Source: Candidatus Hadarchaeum sp.
GTDB lineage: Archaea; Hadarchaeota; Hadarchaeia; Hadarchaeales; Hadarchaeaceae
Length of the DNA: 29,001 nucleotides
Assembly: GCF_049969415.1 (NCBI RefSeq)
Contig: NZ_JBMFOX010000015.1
Span: 1-29,001 of the forward strand
Reading direction: 5' to 3'
This document shows positions 7,890-15,957 of this stretch, one piece after another. Within the stretch, counting starts at the first letter, position 1. Every line of letters begins with the position of its first letter. The position numbers and the translations under genes were made by a program. The notes below the pieces were generated by a model. That model saw only the letters and a program-made list of their open reading frames with translations. It made no database searches and was not told the DNA's origin.

Positions 7890-8428
7890 TACTCGATGCC
7901 CTTCCGCGCCGGGATCCCTTCCCGGGCGGGGTGCTTGACGTCCTCGATCACCGAGACGAAGTCCGCCCGGTCGATCAGCGCCCGGGGAGCCCTCCGCCCC
8001 GTGAGCATGACCACCGTGGACGGCGGCACCCTGTCCAGCAGCTTGAGCACATCTTTGACCTTGACCAGCCCGAAGGCGGCGGCCAGGTTGATCTCGTCCA
8101 GCACCAGCAGCTTCGGCCTCTTCCGCAGCGCCTTTTTCGCGAACTCCAGCCCCTCCTGCGCCAGCCGGTAGTCCTCCGGGGCCGGGTGCTTCGGGTCGAC
8201 GAATTCCTTGCGCCCGAACTGGTAGACCTCACACTCCGGGGCCAGCCGGCGGCAGGCCTTCACCTCGCCGATGTCCTCCCAACCCTTCATGAACTGGATG
8301 ATGATGACCTTGTAGCCGTGCCCGATGGCCCGGAGCGCAAACCCGAAGGCGTTGGTGGTCTTGCCGCCCCCCTCCCCGGTGTAGAGGTAGACCAGCCCCT
8401 GCTTCCTCTTAGTAGCCTTCCTCGCCAC
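7886..8428 (-). CDS. cobO: Cob(I)yrinic acid a,c-diamide / cob(I)alamin adenosyltransferase (CobA/CobO/BtuR type)
   Basis: YTGEGGGKTT, IIQFMKG, LVLDEIN, LTGR.AP and KHP...GI.ARKGIEY. Confidence 0.93.
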   Translation of the reverse strand: MARKATKRKQGLVYLYTGEGGGKTTNAFGFALRAIGHGYKVIIIQFMKGWEDIGEVKACRRLAPECEVYQFGRKEFVDPKHPAPEDYRLAQEGLEFAKKALRKRPKLLVLDEINLAAAFGLVKVKDVLKLLDRVPPSTVVMLTGRRAPRALIDRADFVSVIEDVKHPAREGIPARKGIEY

Positions 8429-10523
8429 CGGGATGCCCCCCTGAATAATTCGGCTCGGCCCGGATAAACTTCTCCTCGGGCGGCGTCAGCGCCGATTGCG
8501 GTGAGATCGATAGCACCTGCCTCGCCTTGCTCCCGTAGCGGTAGACGGTGATCCCCTTGCACCCCAGCTCGTGGGCCAGCAGGAAGGCCCGCCTCACCTC
8601 CTCGGGCGTGGCCTCGGGCGGCAGGTTGATCGTCTTCGAGACCGCGTTGTCCGTGTGCCGCTGAAAGGCCGCCTGCATCCTCACGTGCCACTCGGGCGAG
8701 ACATCGAAGGCGGTGACGAAGATCCTCCTGACATCCTCCGGGATCTCCTCCACCCCCTTGATCGAGGCCAGCCGGGACAGCTTCACCATGAGCTCGCGGC
8801 TGTAGAACCCCCGCCTGGTGGCAATTTTCTGAAACGTCTGGTTGACCTCGACCAGCTGGATGCCGCTCATGACGTTGCGGATGTAGGCCACGGCGAAGAG
8901 GGGCTCGATGCCGCTGGTGGTCCCAGCGATGATGCTGATGGTGCCCGTGGGAGCGATGGTCGTCACGGTGGCATTTCTCAGGCACCGGTAACCTCGCTTC
9001 TCCCAGAGGCTGCCCGGGAAGGCGGGGAAGGAACCCCGCTGCTCGGCCAGCTCGACGGACATCTGACGGCCCTCCTCGGAGATGAACTTCATCACCTCGT
9101 CCGCCTGCCGCAGCGCCTCCTCCGAGCTGTAGGGGATGCCCAGCTCGAGCAGCATCTCGGCGAAGCCCATCACGCCCAAGCCGATCTTCCGGGTCAGCTT
9201 GGTCATCCGCTCGATCTCCGGAATGGGATACCTGTTGACGTCAATGACGTTGTCGAGGAAATGCACCGCGTTCCTCACGGTCTCCCTCAGCTTCTCCCAG
9301 TCAACTTCCCCCTCCCTGATCATCCGGGAGAGGTTGATGGAGCCCAGGATGCAGGACTCGTAGGGTAAAAGAGGCACCTCACCGCATGGGTTGGTGGCCT
9401 CGATCTGGCCCAGCTGCGGCGTCGGGTTGTGCCGGTTGATCTCGTCCAGAAAGATCAGCCCGGGGTCACCGGTCTTCCAGGCCATGTTGACGATGAGGTC
9501 GAAGACTTCCTTCGCCCGCAGCCGCCTCTCAGCACTTCCCGTCCGCGGGTTGATCAGATCATATTCCTCATCATTTTTCACCGCCTCCATGAAGGCGTCC
9601 GTCACCCCGACCGAGATGTTGAAGTTGACCAGCGCGTCCTCCTTGACCTTGGCGGTGATGAACTCGAGGATGTCGGGGTGGTCGACCCGCAGCACCCCCA
9701 TGTTGGCGCCCCGGCGCTTGCCCCCCTGCTTGATCACGTCGGTGGCCACGTCGAAGACCCGCATGAAGGAGACCGGTCCGCTGGCCACCCCCTTGGTCGA
9801 CCTGACGATGTCGCCGGCGGGCCGCAGCCGGGAGAAGGAGAAGCCCGTGCCGCCCCCCGACTGGTGGATGAGCGCCATCGTCTTCAGGGCGTCGAAGATG
9901 CCGACCATGGAGTCCTCGACCGGGATGACGAAGCAGGCGGCCAGCTGCCCCAGCGGCGCCCCAGCGTTCATCAGCGTGGGGCTGTTGGGGAGGAACTCCA
10001 GGTTGGCCATCATCCGGTAAAACTTATCCTCAGTGCCGCTGAGGTCGGTCGCGCCGTGGAGCCCGTCGGCCGCGGCCACCGCCCTCGCCACCCGGCGGAA
10101 GAGCTGTGATGGGGTCTCGATGATCTTGCCCTGTTCATCGCGCAGCAGATAGCGGCGCTGGAGCACCCGGATGGCGTTGAGGTTGAGCTTCAGGTCGTCG
10201 CTCACGCCCAGCATCGCCTTGGCGGCCCTCAGCTCCGCCCGCTGCTGCCGGTAGAGGATGTAGGCCCGGGCGACGTTCGCGTAGCCGTTCTTGATCAGGA
10301 CCTCCTCCACCGTGTCCTGGATGTCCTCCACGCCCGGAATCCTCCCGGTAAACTTTTTCTCCAGGATCTCGGTCACCTGCGCGGTGAGCCGCCGAGCAAT
10401 TTCTCCGTCGCCGGTGCCGGTGGCGTTGAAGGCCTTGAGAATGGCGTTGGCTATTTTCTCGGCCTCAAAGGGAACCACCCGCCCATCCCGTTTCCTGATC
10501 CTCTCAATCGTCGCCATCGGCAC
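8409..10523 (-). CDS. nrdJ: Adenosylcobalamin-dependent (class II) ribonucleotide reductase with N-terminal ATP cone
   Basis: ATP cone (IRKRDGRVVPF...KI), FLPNSPTLMNAG, QLAACFV, GGGTGFSFS, KRRGANMG, TNPCGE, TIAPTGT and KGITVYR. Start is GTG 10523 or ATG 10517. Confidence 0.95.
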   Translation of the reverse strand: MPMATIERIRKRDGRVVPFEAEKIANAILKAFNATGTGDGEIARRLTAQVTEILEKKFTGRIPGVEDIQDTVEEVLIKNGYANVARAYILYRQQRAELRAAKAMLGVSDDLKLNLNAIRVLQRRYLLRDEQGKIIETPSQLFRRVARAVAAADGLHGATDLSGTEDKFYRMMANLEFLPNSPTLMNAGAPLGQLAACFVIPVEDSMVGIFDALKTMALIHQSGGGTGFSFSRLRPAGDIVRSTKGVASGPVSFMRVFDVATDVIKQGGKRRGANMGVLRVDHPDILEFITAKVKEDALVNFNISVGVTDAFMEAVKNDEEYDLINPRTGSAERRLRAKEVFDLIVNMAWKTGDPGLIFLDEINRHNPTPQLGQIEATNPCGEVPLLPYESCILGSINLSRMIREGEVDWEKLRETVRNAVHFLDNVIDVNRYPIPEIERMTKLTRKIGLGVMGFAEMLLELGIPYSSEEALRQADEVMKFISEEGRQMSVELAEQRGSFPAFPGSLWEKRGYRCLRNATVTTIAPTGTISIIAGTTSGIEPLFAVAYIRNVMSGIQLVEVNQTFQKIATRRGFYSRELMVKLSRLASIKGVEEIPEDVRRIFVTAFDVSPEWHVRMQAAFQRHTDNAVSKTINLPPEATPEEVRRAFLLAHELGCKGITVYRYGSKARQVLSISPQSALTPPEEKFIRAEPNYSGGHPGGEEGY

Positions 10524-10591
10524 AGCCCCAGAAGCCTCAACCCAATTTACTCCGCCCGGCTATTAAATCAGCACCGTTTCACCGTGAATTT

Positions 10592-10860
10592 GGCCCCCGA
10601 TGTCCCTGACACAACTAACCAGCGAGCTTCATCAACTGTCGTTCCGACAAGCTTCACTCGCCAACCCTCGATGGCAGGTTTTTCTCGGGGGCCGTGTCCA
10701 CCTGTCCCGCACCAGGGTTGGCTTCAGGATCATCGCCTTAGACGATCCCGCCAGTAACTCTCCGAAGGACCCAATTTGGCGCGTCTGTCGGTGGACCCGC
10801 TCGAGTGTCGCCGCGATGATGCACCGGCGATCACGGTCTCACGCCAGCTCTCGATTCCCG
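10592..10860 (-). ncRNA. Candidate large structured RNA (unknown family; cis-leader of nrdJ-cobO or independent ncRNA)
   Basis: At least eight helices plus a 9-bp crossing pairing, found by eye. G-U wobbles and purine-rich loops favour the minus strand. TATA-like ATTTAAT (minus) lies near 10881-10887. Confidence 0.5.
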
Positions 10861-10994
10861 CGGCCTGTCCCTTCATTGCAATTAAATGTGGATTCTCTCA
10901 GGACTAAAGATTTACGATGGCGGCCCGACCGCACATTTTTTGAAATAAGATGGGTTTTTATTCGGGCTGAAGTAGAGTTAAGGGAGGATGAAAC

Positions 10995-11660
10995 ATGGCG
11001 AAGAAGGCCCAGTATGTGATCATCGCCGGCGGGGGCAGGGTGGGCTCCCACCTGGCCAAGATACTTGAGCCCAGCGGCAGGGACATCGTGATCATCGAGA
11101 AGGATCCCGAGGTCTGCGAGAAGCTGTCCTCGGAGCTCAACGCCCTGATCATCTGCGGTGACGCCACCGACAAGAAGACCCTTGAGGATGCCAAGATCCA
11201 GATGGCCGATGTCTTCGTCGCCGCCACCGGGAACGACAACGAGAACATTGTCGCCAGCCAGCTGGCCAAGTACACCTACAAGGTTCCCCTAGTCATGGCG
11301 CGCGTGGAGGACATGGACCGGGCGAAGATGCTTCGGGGCATGGGGATAGACCTGATCGTGAGCCCCTCACACGTCGCCTCGCTGGTCTTTGAGAACGCGA
11401 TCGCTCTGCCCAACACCACCTCGATCCTGGTTTCGGAGACCATCACCCGGGCGGTTGAGGTAACCGTTCCCGGGGACTCCAAAGTCCTGGGCAAGAGGAT
11501 CAGGGACCTCAACCTGCCGCTGGAATGCGTTATCGCCGTCATCTACCGGGGCGGGAAGCTGATACTGCCTCACGGGGACACGGTGATCAAGCCCGGTGAC
11601 ATCGTCGCCCTGATCGGCAAGGAAGAGGCCATCAGAAAGACGGTAGAGATCCTGAAGTGA
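10995..11660 (+). CDS. trkA: Trk K+ uptake system NAD-binding subunit (RCK_N + RCK_C)
   Basis: IIAGGGRVG Rossmann motif, GDATD, AATGNDNEN, and a C-terminal IAVIYRGG..ILPHGDTVI..GD. GGGAGG RBS upstream. Confidence 0.93.
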   Translation: MAKKAQYVIIAGGGRVGSHLAKILEPSGRDIVIIEKDPEVCEKLSSELNALIICGDATDKKTLEDAKIQMADVFVAATGNDNENIVASQLAKYTYKVPLVMARVEDMDRAKMLRGMGIDLIVSPSHVASLVFENAIALPNTTSILVSETITRAVEVTVPGDSKVLGKRIRDLNLPLECVIAVIYRGGKLILPHGDTVIKPGDIVALIGKEEAIRKTVEILK

Positions 11661-11812
11661 TGATCGTGGGGCTGAGGGATTATAGCCTTCGAGAAGTCTT
11701 AAAAAAGAACTTTGATTTCATTACAGGGCTCCTCAGTGAGATCGGTTTAATCGTCCTGGTGCTACTGCTGTCCTTCGCCCTGAGCCTGCTCGCCTTTACC
11801 CTTTGGCCCTGA
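11660..11812 (+). CDS. Small 50-aa membrane protein in the trk operon (missed by the ORF track)
   Basis: Translates as MIVGLRDYSLREVLKKNFDFITGLLSEIGLIVLVLLLSFALSLLAFTLWP. Its ATG overlaps the trkA stop (TGATG) and it fills the trkA-trkH gap almost exactly. One hydrophobic helix. Confidence 0.7.
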   Translation: MIVGLRDYSLREVLKKNFDFITGLLSEIGLIVLVLLLSFALSLLAFTLWP

Positions 11813-11823
11813 GCCGAGGTGTG

Positions 11824-13338
11824 ATGGTGCTAACACCGCTGACGAAGGAGGACCTGCGGATCATCGGCTTCAACCTGAGCAAGATATGCTACATCACCGG
11901 CTTCATCCTCTTTCTGCCCACCATCGTGGCCGTCCTTTACAGCGAGTTTGACACCGTCCCCTACTTTCTCATCGGCTCGGCGGCATCCTTCATCCTAGGC
12001 AGCATCCTGTACCACTTCCTCTACACCAAGGAGGAGATGGAACTCAAGCACGCCCTGGTCATGGCGGCCCTAGCCTGGCTTCTCGCGCCGCTTCTGGCGA
12101 GCATCCCCATCTGGCTTTCCCACAGCATGGCCTCGCTGCTGGACGCCTGCTTTGAGGGCATCAGCGGTTTCACCGGGACCGGCCTCACCCTGGTGCCGGA
12201 CATCGACCACATGTCCCGCAGCATCAACTTCCTCAGGCATTTTCTCCAGTTCGTGGGCGACGGCATCGGGATCATCGTCATTTCGCTTTCGATTTTGGGC
12301 CGGACGGAGATGAGCTCGGTGCTCGCCTTCAGAGGTGAGGCCAAGGAGATCGGGATCAGGCCCAGCATCGTCCGCACCTCCAGGATAATCATCGGCATCG
12401 GGGTGATGTTCTTGGCCTTGGGCACGGTCCTGTTCACCGTTGCCGGCATTCAGGAGGGCCTGGACCCCGGGCAGGCCTTCTTCGACGGCCTCAACCACGC
12501 CATGACGGGCTACGCCACCGGCGGCTTCACCACCCACTCCCAGAGCCTGCTTTACTACCACAGCCTCTGGATTGAGCTGGCCGCGATGGTGACCATGATC
12601 ATCGGGGCGCTCAACTTCAACCTACATTACGCCGTGCTGGGAGGCAGGAGAAGCGAAATCCTGAGAAACCTGGAGGTCCGCGTTTTGGTCTTTGCGATGC
12701 TGGCCTTTGGTTTCCTTGTCTCGGCCAACCTGATGGCGGTAAAACTGTATCCCACAACTGAGGCCCTCTTCCGGAAGGGATTCTTCCAGGTGATCTCCGC
12801 CCAGACCACGACCGGTTTTCAGACGGTCCCGCCCGTGCACCTGATGCTGGTCTGGCCCGTCTTCTCCATACTGATCCTATCGGTGGCCATGCTGCTGGGT
12901 GGCTCAGCCAACTCCACTTCCGGAGGCGTCAAGATGCTCCGCGTGGGCGTACTGCTGAAGTCGCTGGTGAACGAGATCAAGCGCTCGCTCCTGCCGAGCA
13001 CGGCCGTGGTGGGCGGCTCATTTCACCACGTGGAGGAAACCCCACTCACGGATAAGATCATCCGCGGTGCCGCGGTTATCTCCCTGGGCTACCTGCTCCT
13101 CTTCTCCTTCGGGACGATGATCACGGTGCTCCACGGCTACGGCCTAGAGGACGCGATGTTCGAGACAGCCTCAGCGCTGGGAAATGTCGGGCTGAGTTCG
13201 GGGATAACCTCGCCCGCCATGCCCGCGCTGCTCAAGGTGACTTACATGTTCCTGATGTGGGCGGGGAAGCTTGAGGTCATCGCCGTCTTTGTCCTCATCG
13301 GCTTCATCCTGCTGGCGCTGAGGAGGGGAATCAAATGA
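11824..13338 (+). CDS. trkH: Trk K+ uptake system membrane subunit
   Basis: Pore-loop motifs SGFTGTG, TGYATGGF, SAQTTTGF and SALGNVG, plus STSGGVK. GAGGTG RBS precedes GTG 11821/ATG 11824. Confidence 0.93.
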   Translation: MVLTPLTKEDLRIIGFNLSKICYITGFILFLPTIVAVLYSEFDTVPYFLIGSAASFILGSILYHFLYTKEEMELKHALVMAALAWLLAPLLASIPIWLSHSMASLLDACFEGISGFTGTGLTLVPDIDHMSRSINFLRHFLQFVGDGIGIIVISLSILGRTEMSSVLAFRGEAKEIGIRPSIVRTSRIIIGIGVMFLALGTVLFTVAGIQEGLDPGQAFFDGLNHAMTGYATGGFTTHSQSLLYYHSLWIELAAMVTMIIGALNFNLHYAVLGGRRSEILRNLEVRVLVFAMLAFGFLVSANLMAVKLYPTTEALFRKGFFQVISAQTTTGFQTVPPVHLMLVWPVFSILILSVAMLLGGSANSTSGGVKMLRVGVLLKSLVNEIKRSLLPSTAVVGGSFHHVEETPLTDKIIRGAAVISLGYLLLFSFGTMITVLHGYGLEDAMFETASALGNVGLSSGITSPAMPALLKVTYMFLMWAGKLEVIAVFVLIGFILLALRRGIK

Positions 13339-13832
13339 AGAGGGCCCTTGCTTTAATTTTGCTGCTGTTGCTGCTGGTGCCCACCGCCCGAGCGGAGACG
13401 CTGAAAGAGCTCATCGATGACCCCATGGCCTTCGATGGAAAGCAGGTCTCGTTCCGGGGCGAGGTGATCGGCGTGATGGTCCGGGGGGAGCAGGCCTGGA
13501 TAAATATCTTCGACAACGGCCTCGCCATCGGGATCTGGTGCCGGGCTGAGGAGGCTAGGGAAATCTCCTACATCGGCGATTACACCCACCAGGGGGACAT
13601 CGTCGCGGGAGTCGGGATTTACCACCTGGCCTGCCCCGAACACGGTGGCGACACGGATATCCACGCCCTTTCCCTGAGCGTGGTGGAAAAGGGGCACACG
13701 GTAGAAAGGCCGCCAGACATGTTGCTGGTCCTGCTCAGCCTCGTGATTGCCTTGGCGGCCGTGATCCTCTCCTACTACCTGTGGCACATCCGGAAGGAGA
13801 TGGGGAAGAGAACGCCCTGGCCCTTTTATTAG
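13335..13832 (+). CDS. Exported OB-fold-like protein with C-terminal TM anchor
   Basis: Signal peptide (MKRALALILLLLLLVPTARA), DGKQVSFRGEVIG...GDIV...G OB pattern, CPEHGGDTDIHA motif and a C-terminal TM. ATGA overlap with trkH. Confidence 0.7.
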   Translation: MKRALALILLLLLLVPTARAETLKELIDDPMAFDGKQVSFRGEVIGVMVRGEQAWINIFDNGLAIGIWCRAEEAREISYIGDYTHQGDIVAGVGIYHLACPEHGGDTDIHALSLSVVEKGHTVERPPDMLLVLLSLVIALAAVILSYYLWHIRKEMGKRTPWPFY

Positions 13833-13862
13833 GCTTGAAAAATCTTGGTTTGGGGAGCCGGG

Positions 13863-15917
13863 TTGAAGACGTTGATAATCTGTGAAAAGCCGACCGCGGC
13901 GGCCAAGATAGCCGAGGCGCTGTCGCGGGGCAGGCCCAAGGCGGGCCAGCTCAACGGGGTCCCCTACTTTGAGTTTGAGCTCGACAGCAAGCAGATTACC
14001 GTAGTCCCGGCGCTGGGCCACCTCTTCCTCCTCAAGAACACCAGGCCGCTGCGTGATTACCCCTTTTATGATGTCGACTGGGTCCCCGCCTATCTCGCCG
14101 ACCGCGGGGCCAGGAGGGCCAAGAGCTTCATCGAGGCCATCAGGGAGCTGGCCCGGGATGCCGCGGAGTTCATCAGCGCCTGCGACTACGACATCGAGGG
14201 CAGCGTCATCGCGGCCAACATCCTGAGGTACCTCTGCGGCGAGGAGGCGCTGGGGCGGGCCCGGCGGATGAAGTTCTCCACGCTCACGGCCGAGGACCTG
14301 CGCCGGGCCTACGCGCAGCTCCTGCCGCGGCTGGACTATGAGCTGATCGAGGCGGGTATGGCCCGGCACATGCTCGACTGGTTCTGGGGGATGAACCTCT
14401 CGCTGGCGATGACTCTAGCGGTCAGGCTTGCCGGGCAGCGCTACGTCAAGCTTTCGGCCGGGCGCGTGCAGACACCGACGCTGAGGATGCTGGCCGACCG
14501 CGAGCGTGAGATCAGGGCCTTCAGACCCGAGACCTTCTGGACGGTCAGTCTCGTCATCAGCTTGGATGGTCTGGAAGCTGTCGCCGAGCACGTCAGCGGT
14601 CGTTTCTTCGACCGGTCGGAGGCCGAGCGGGTGCTGGCGGCCAGCCGCGGCCAGCCGGCGAGGGTTTCCTCCGTTCAGGTCCACCGCCACCGGCGTGGGC
14701 CACCGGTCCCGTTCAACCTGGGCGAACTGCAGCTGGAGGCCCACCGCTGTTTCGGCTTCCCCCCGTGGCGCACCCAGCAGCTGGCCCAGGAGCTGTACCT
14801 GGCTGCGCTGATAAGCTACCCCAGGACGGACAGCCAGAAGCTGCCCCCTTTGATAGATTACCGAAAGATAATGGAGCAGCTCGGTTCCATCTCGGAGGAC
14901 TACCGAAGGATGGCCGAGGAAATTTTTTCCCTGCCCGGGCTGAGGCCCAACGAGGGCAAAAAGACCGACCCCGCCCATCCGGCAATCTACCCCACCGGAC
15001 AGAGGCCCGAGGGGCTGACCGGGCCGCAGCGGAAGCTCTACGATTTGATCGTGCGCAGGTTTTTCTCCGTGTTCGGACGGACGGCGCTGCTGGAAAGCCT
15101 GAGGGTAGAGGTCGAGGCCGGAGGAGAAAAGTTCCTTCTCCACGGCCGCCGGATCCTCGACGAGGGATGGCTGAAGTTCTACGGTGATTACGGTGCCACC
15201 GAGGAGATAATCCTCCCGGAACTGCGGGAGGGCCAGCTCTTGGAGGTCAGGGAGGTGAGGCTGAAGGAGGGGCAGACGCAACCCCCGCCGAGATACAGCC
15301 CGGCCTCGATCGTGAAGAAAATGGAGGAGGTTGGGATCGGGACCAAGGGCACCCGCGCCCAGATCGTTCAGAGCCTCTACGAGCGCGGTTACATCACCGG
15401 CAGCCAGATCACCGTCACCGACCTCGGGATGCAGGTGGTGGCTTCCCTCACCGAATATTGCCCTGAGATCACCAGCGAGGAACTCACCGCGGAGTTCGAG
15501 CGCGAGATGGACGCCATCCAGGAGGGAAGGAGGACCAGGGAGGAAGTCCTGGAAAGGGCGCGCGCCGAGCTGGACCGGATACTCTCCAAGTTCCGGCAGC
15601 ATCAGCTCGAGATTGGGAAAAGGCTGGCGGAGTCCTACCGTGTCGCCCGTCTGAAGCAGCGGGTCCTGGGCAGGTGTCCCAGCTGCGGCGGCGATCTCAT
15701 GATGGTTGTTTCGCGCGCCACCCGCAAGCGGTTCGTCGGCTGCTCCAACTACCCTCACTGCACTCAATCATTTCCCCTGCCGCAGACTGGAACGATTATT
15801 CCTCTGAAAAAAGTCTGCAAGTTCTGCGGCGCCCCGAAGGTTCAAGTCAACCGCATCGGTGCCAGACCGTATCGCCTGTGCCTGAACCCAAAATGTCCCT
15901 CAAAAGAGAGCCGGTAG
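13863..15917 (+). CDS. topA: DNA topoisomerase I (type IA) with C-terminal zinc ribbons
   Basis: TOPRIM LIICEKP, ACDYDIEG, SAGRVQTPTL, catalytic ISYPRTDS, AHPAIYPT, GTKGTR, and C-terminal CxxC ribbons. TTG 13863 follows a GGGGAG RBS. Confidence 0.96.
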   Translation: MKTLIICEKPTAAAKIAEALSRGRPKAGQLNGVPYFEFELDSKQITVVPALGHLFLLKNTRPLRDYPFYDVDWVPAYLADRGARRAKSFIEAIRELARDAAEFISACDYDIEGSVIAANILRYLCGEEALGRARRMKFSTLTAEDLRRAYAQLLPRLDYELIEAGMARHMLDWFWGMNLSLAMTLAVRLAGQRYVKLSAGRVQTPTLRMLADREREIRAFRPETFWTVSLVISLDGLEAVAEHVSGRFFDRSEAERVLAASRGQPARVSSVQVHRHRRGPPVPFNLGELQLEAHRCFGFPPWRTQQLAQELYLAALISYPRTDSQKLPPLIDYRKIMEQLGSISEDYRRMAEEIFSLPGLRPNEGKKTDPAHPAIYPTGQRPEGLTGPQRKLYDLIVRRFFSVFGRTALLESLRVEVEAGGEKFLLHGRRILDEGWLKFYGDYGATEEIILPELREGQLLEVREVRLKEGQTQPPPRYSPASIVKKMEEVGIGTKGTRAQIVQSLYERGYITGSQITVTDLGMQVVASLTEYCPEITSEELTAEFEREMDAIQEGRRTREEVLERARAELDRILSKFRQHQLEIGKRLAESYRVARLKQRVLGRCPSCGGDLMMVVSRATRKRFVGCSNYPHCTQSFPLPQTGTIIPLKKVCKFCGAPKVQVNRIGARPYRLCLNPKCPSKESR

Positions 15918-15957
15918 TTGAACCGCCCCTTTCCGCGGCCTCGTCTCAGATAATTTT

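Noticed and set aside
7887-7892. TAG read-through completing a QxxLxxY PIP box
   Set aside because: The downstream bases are dictated by the cobO C-terminus, and TAG acts as a normal stop in many genes here.
10570-10870. RNase P RNA, SRP RNA or group I/II intron
   Set aside because: Only isolated look-alike fragments (GGUGAAACGG, GUGCG). No GAGGAAAGUCC/CR-V pair, no SRP helix-8 motif and no group II domain V.
10600-11019. 139-aa plus-strand ORF
   Set aside because: Arg/Ser-rich with no recognisable motif, overlaps the trkA promoter and start, and is better explained by RNA structure.
12999-13008. Additional CACGGCCGTG core inside trkH
   Set aside because: Only the 10-bp core without the GAAC arm, in GC-rich coding sequence; plausibly chance.
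13805-13832. KRTPW shared by the C-termini of the OB-fold protein and the NTPase
   Set aside because: A five-residue match with different codons in unrelated proteins; probably coincidence.
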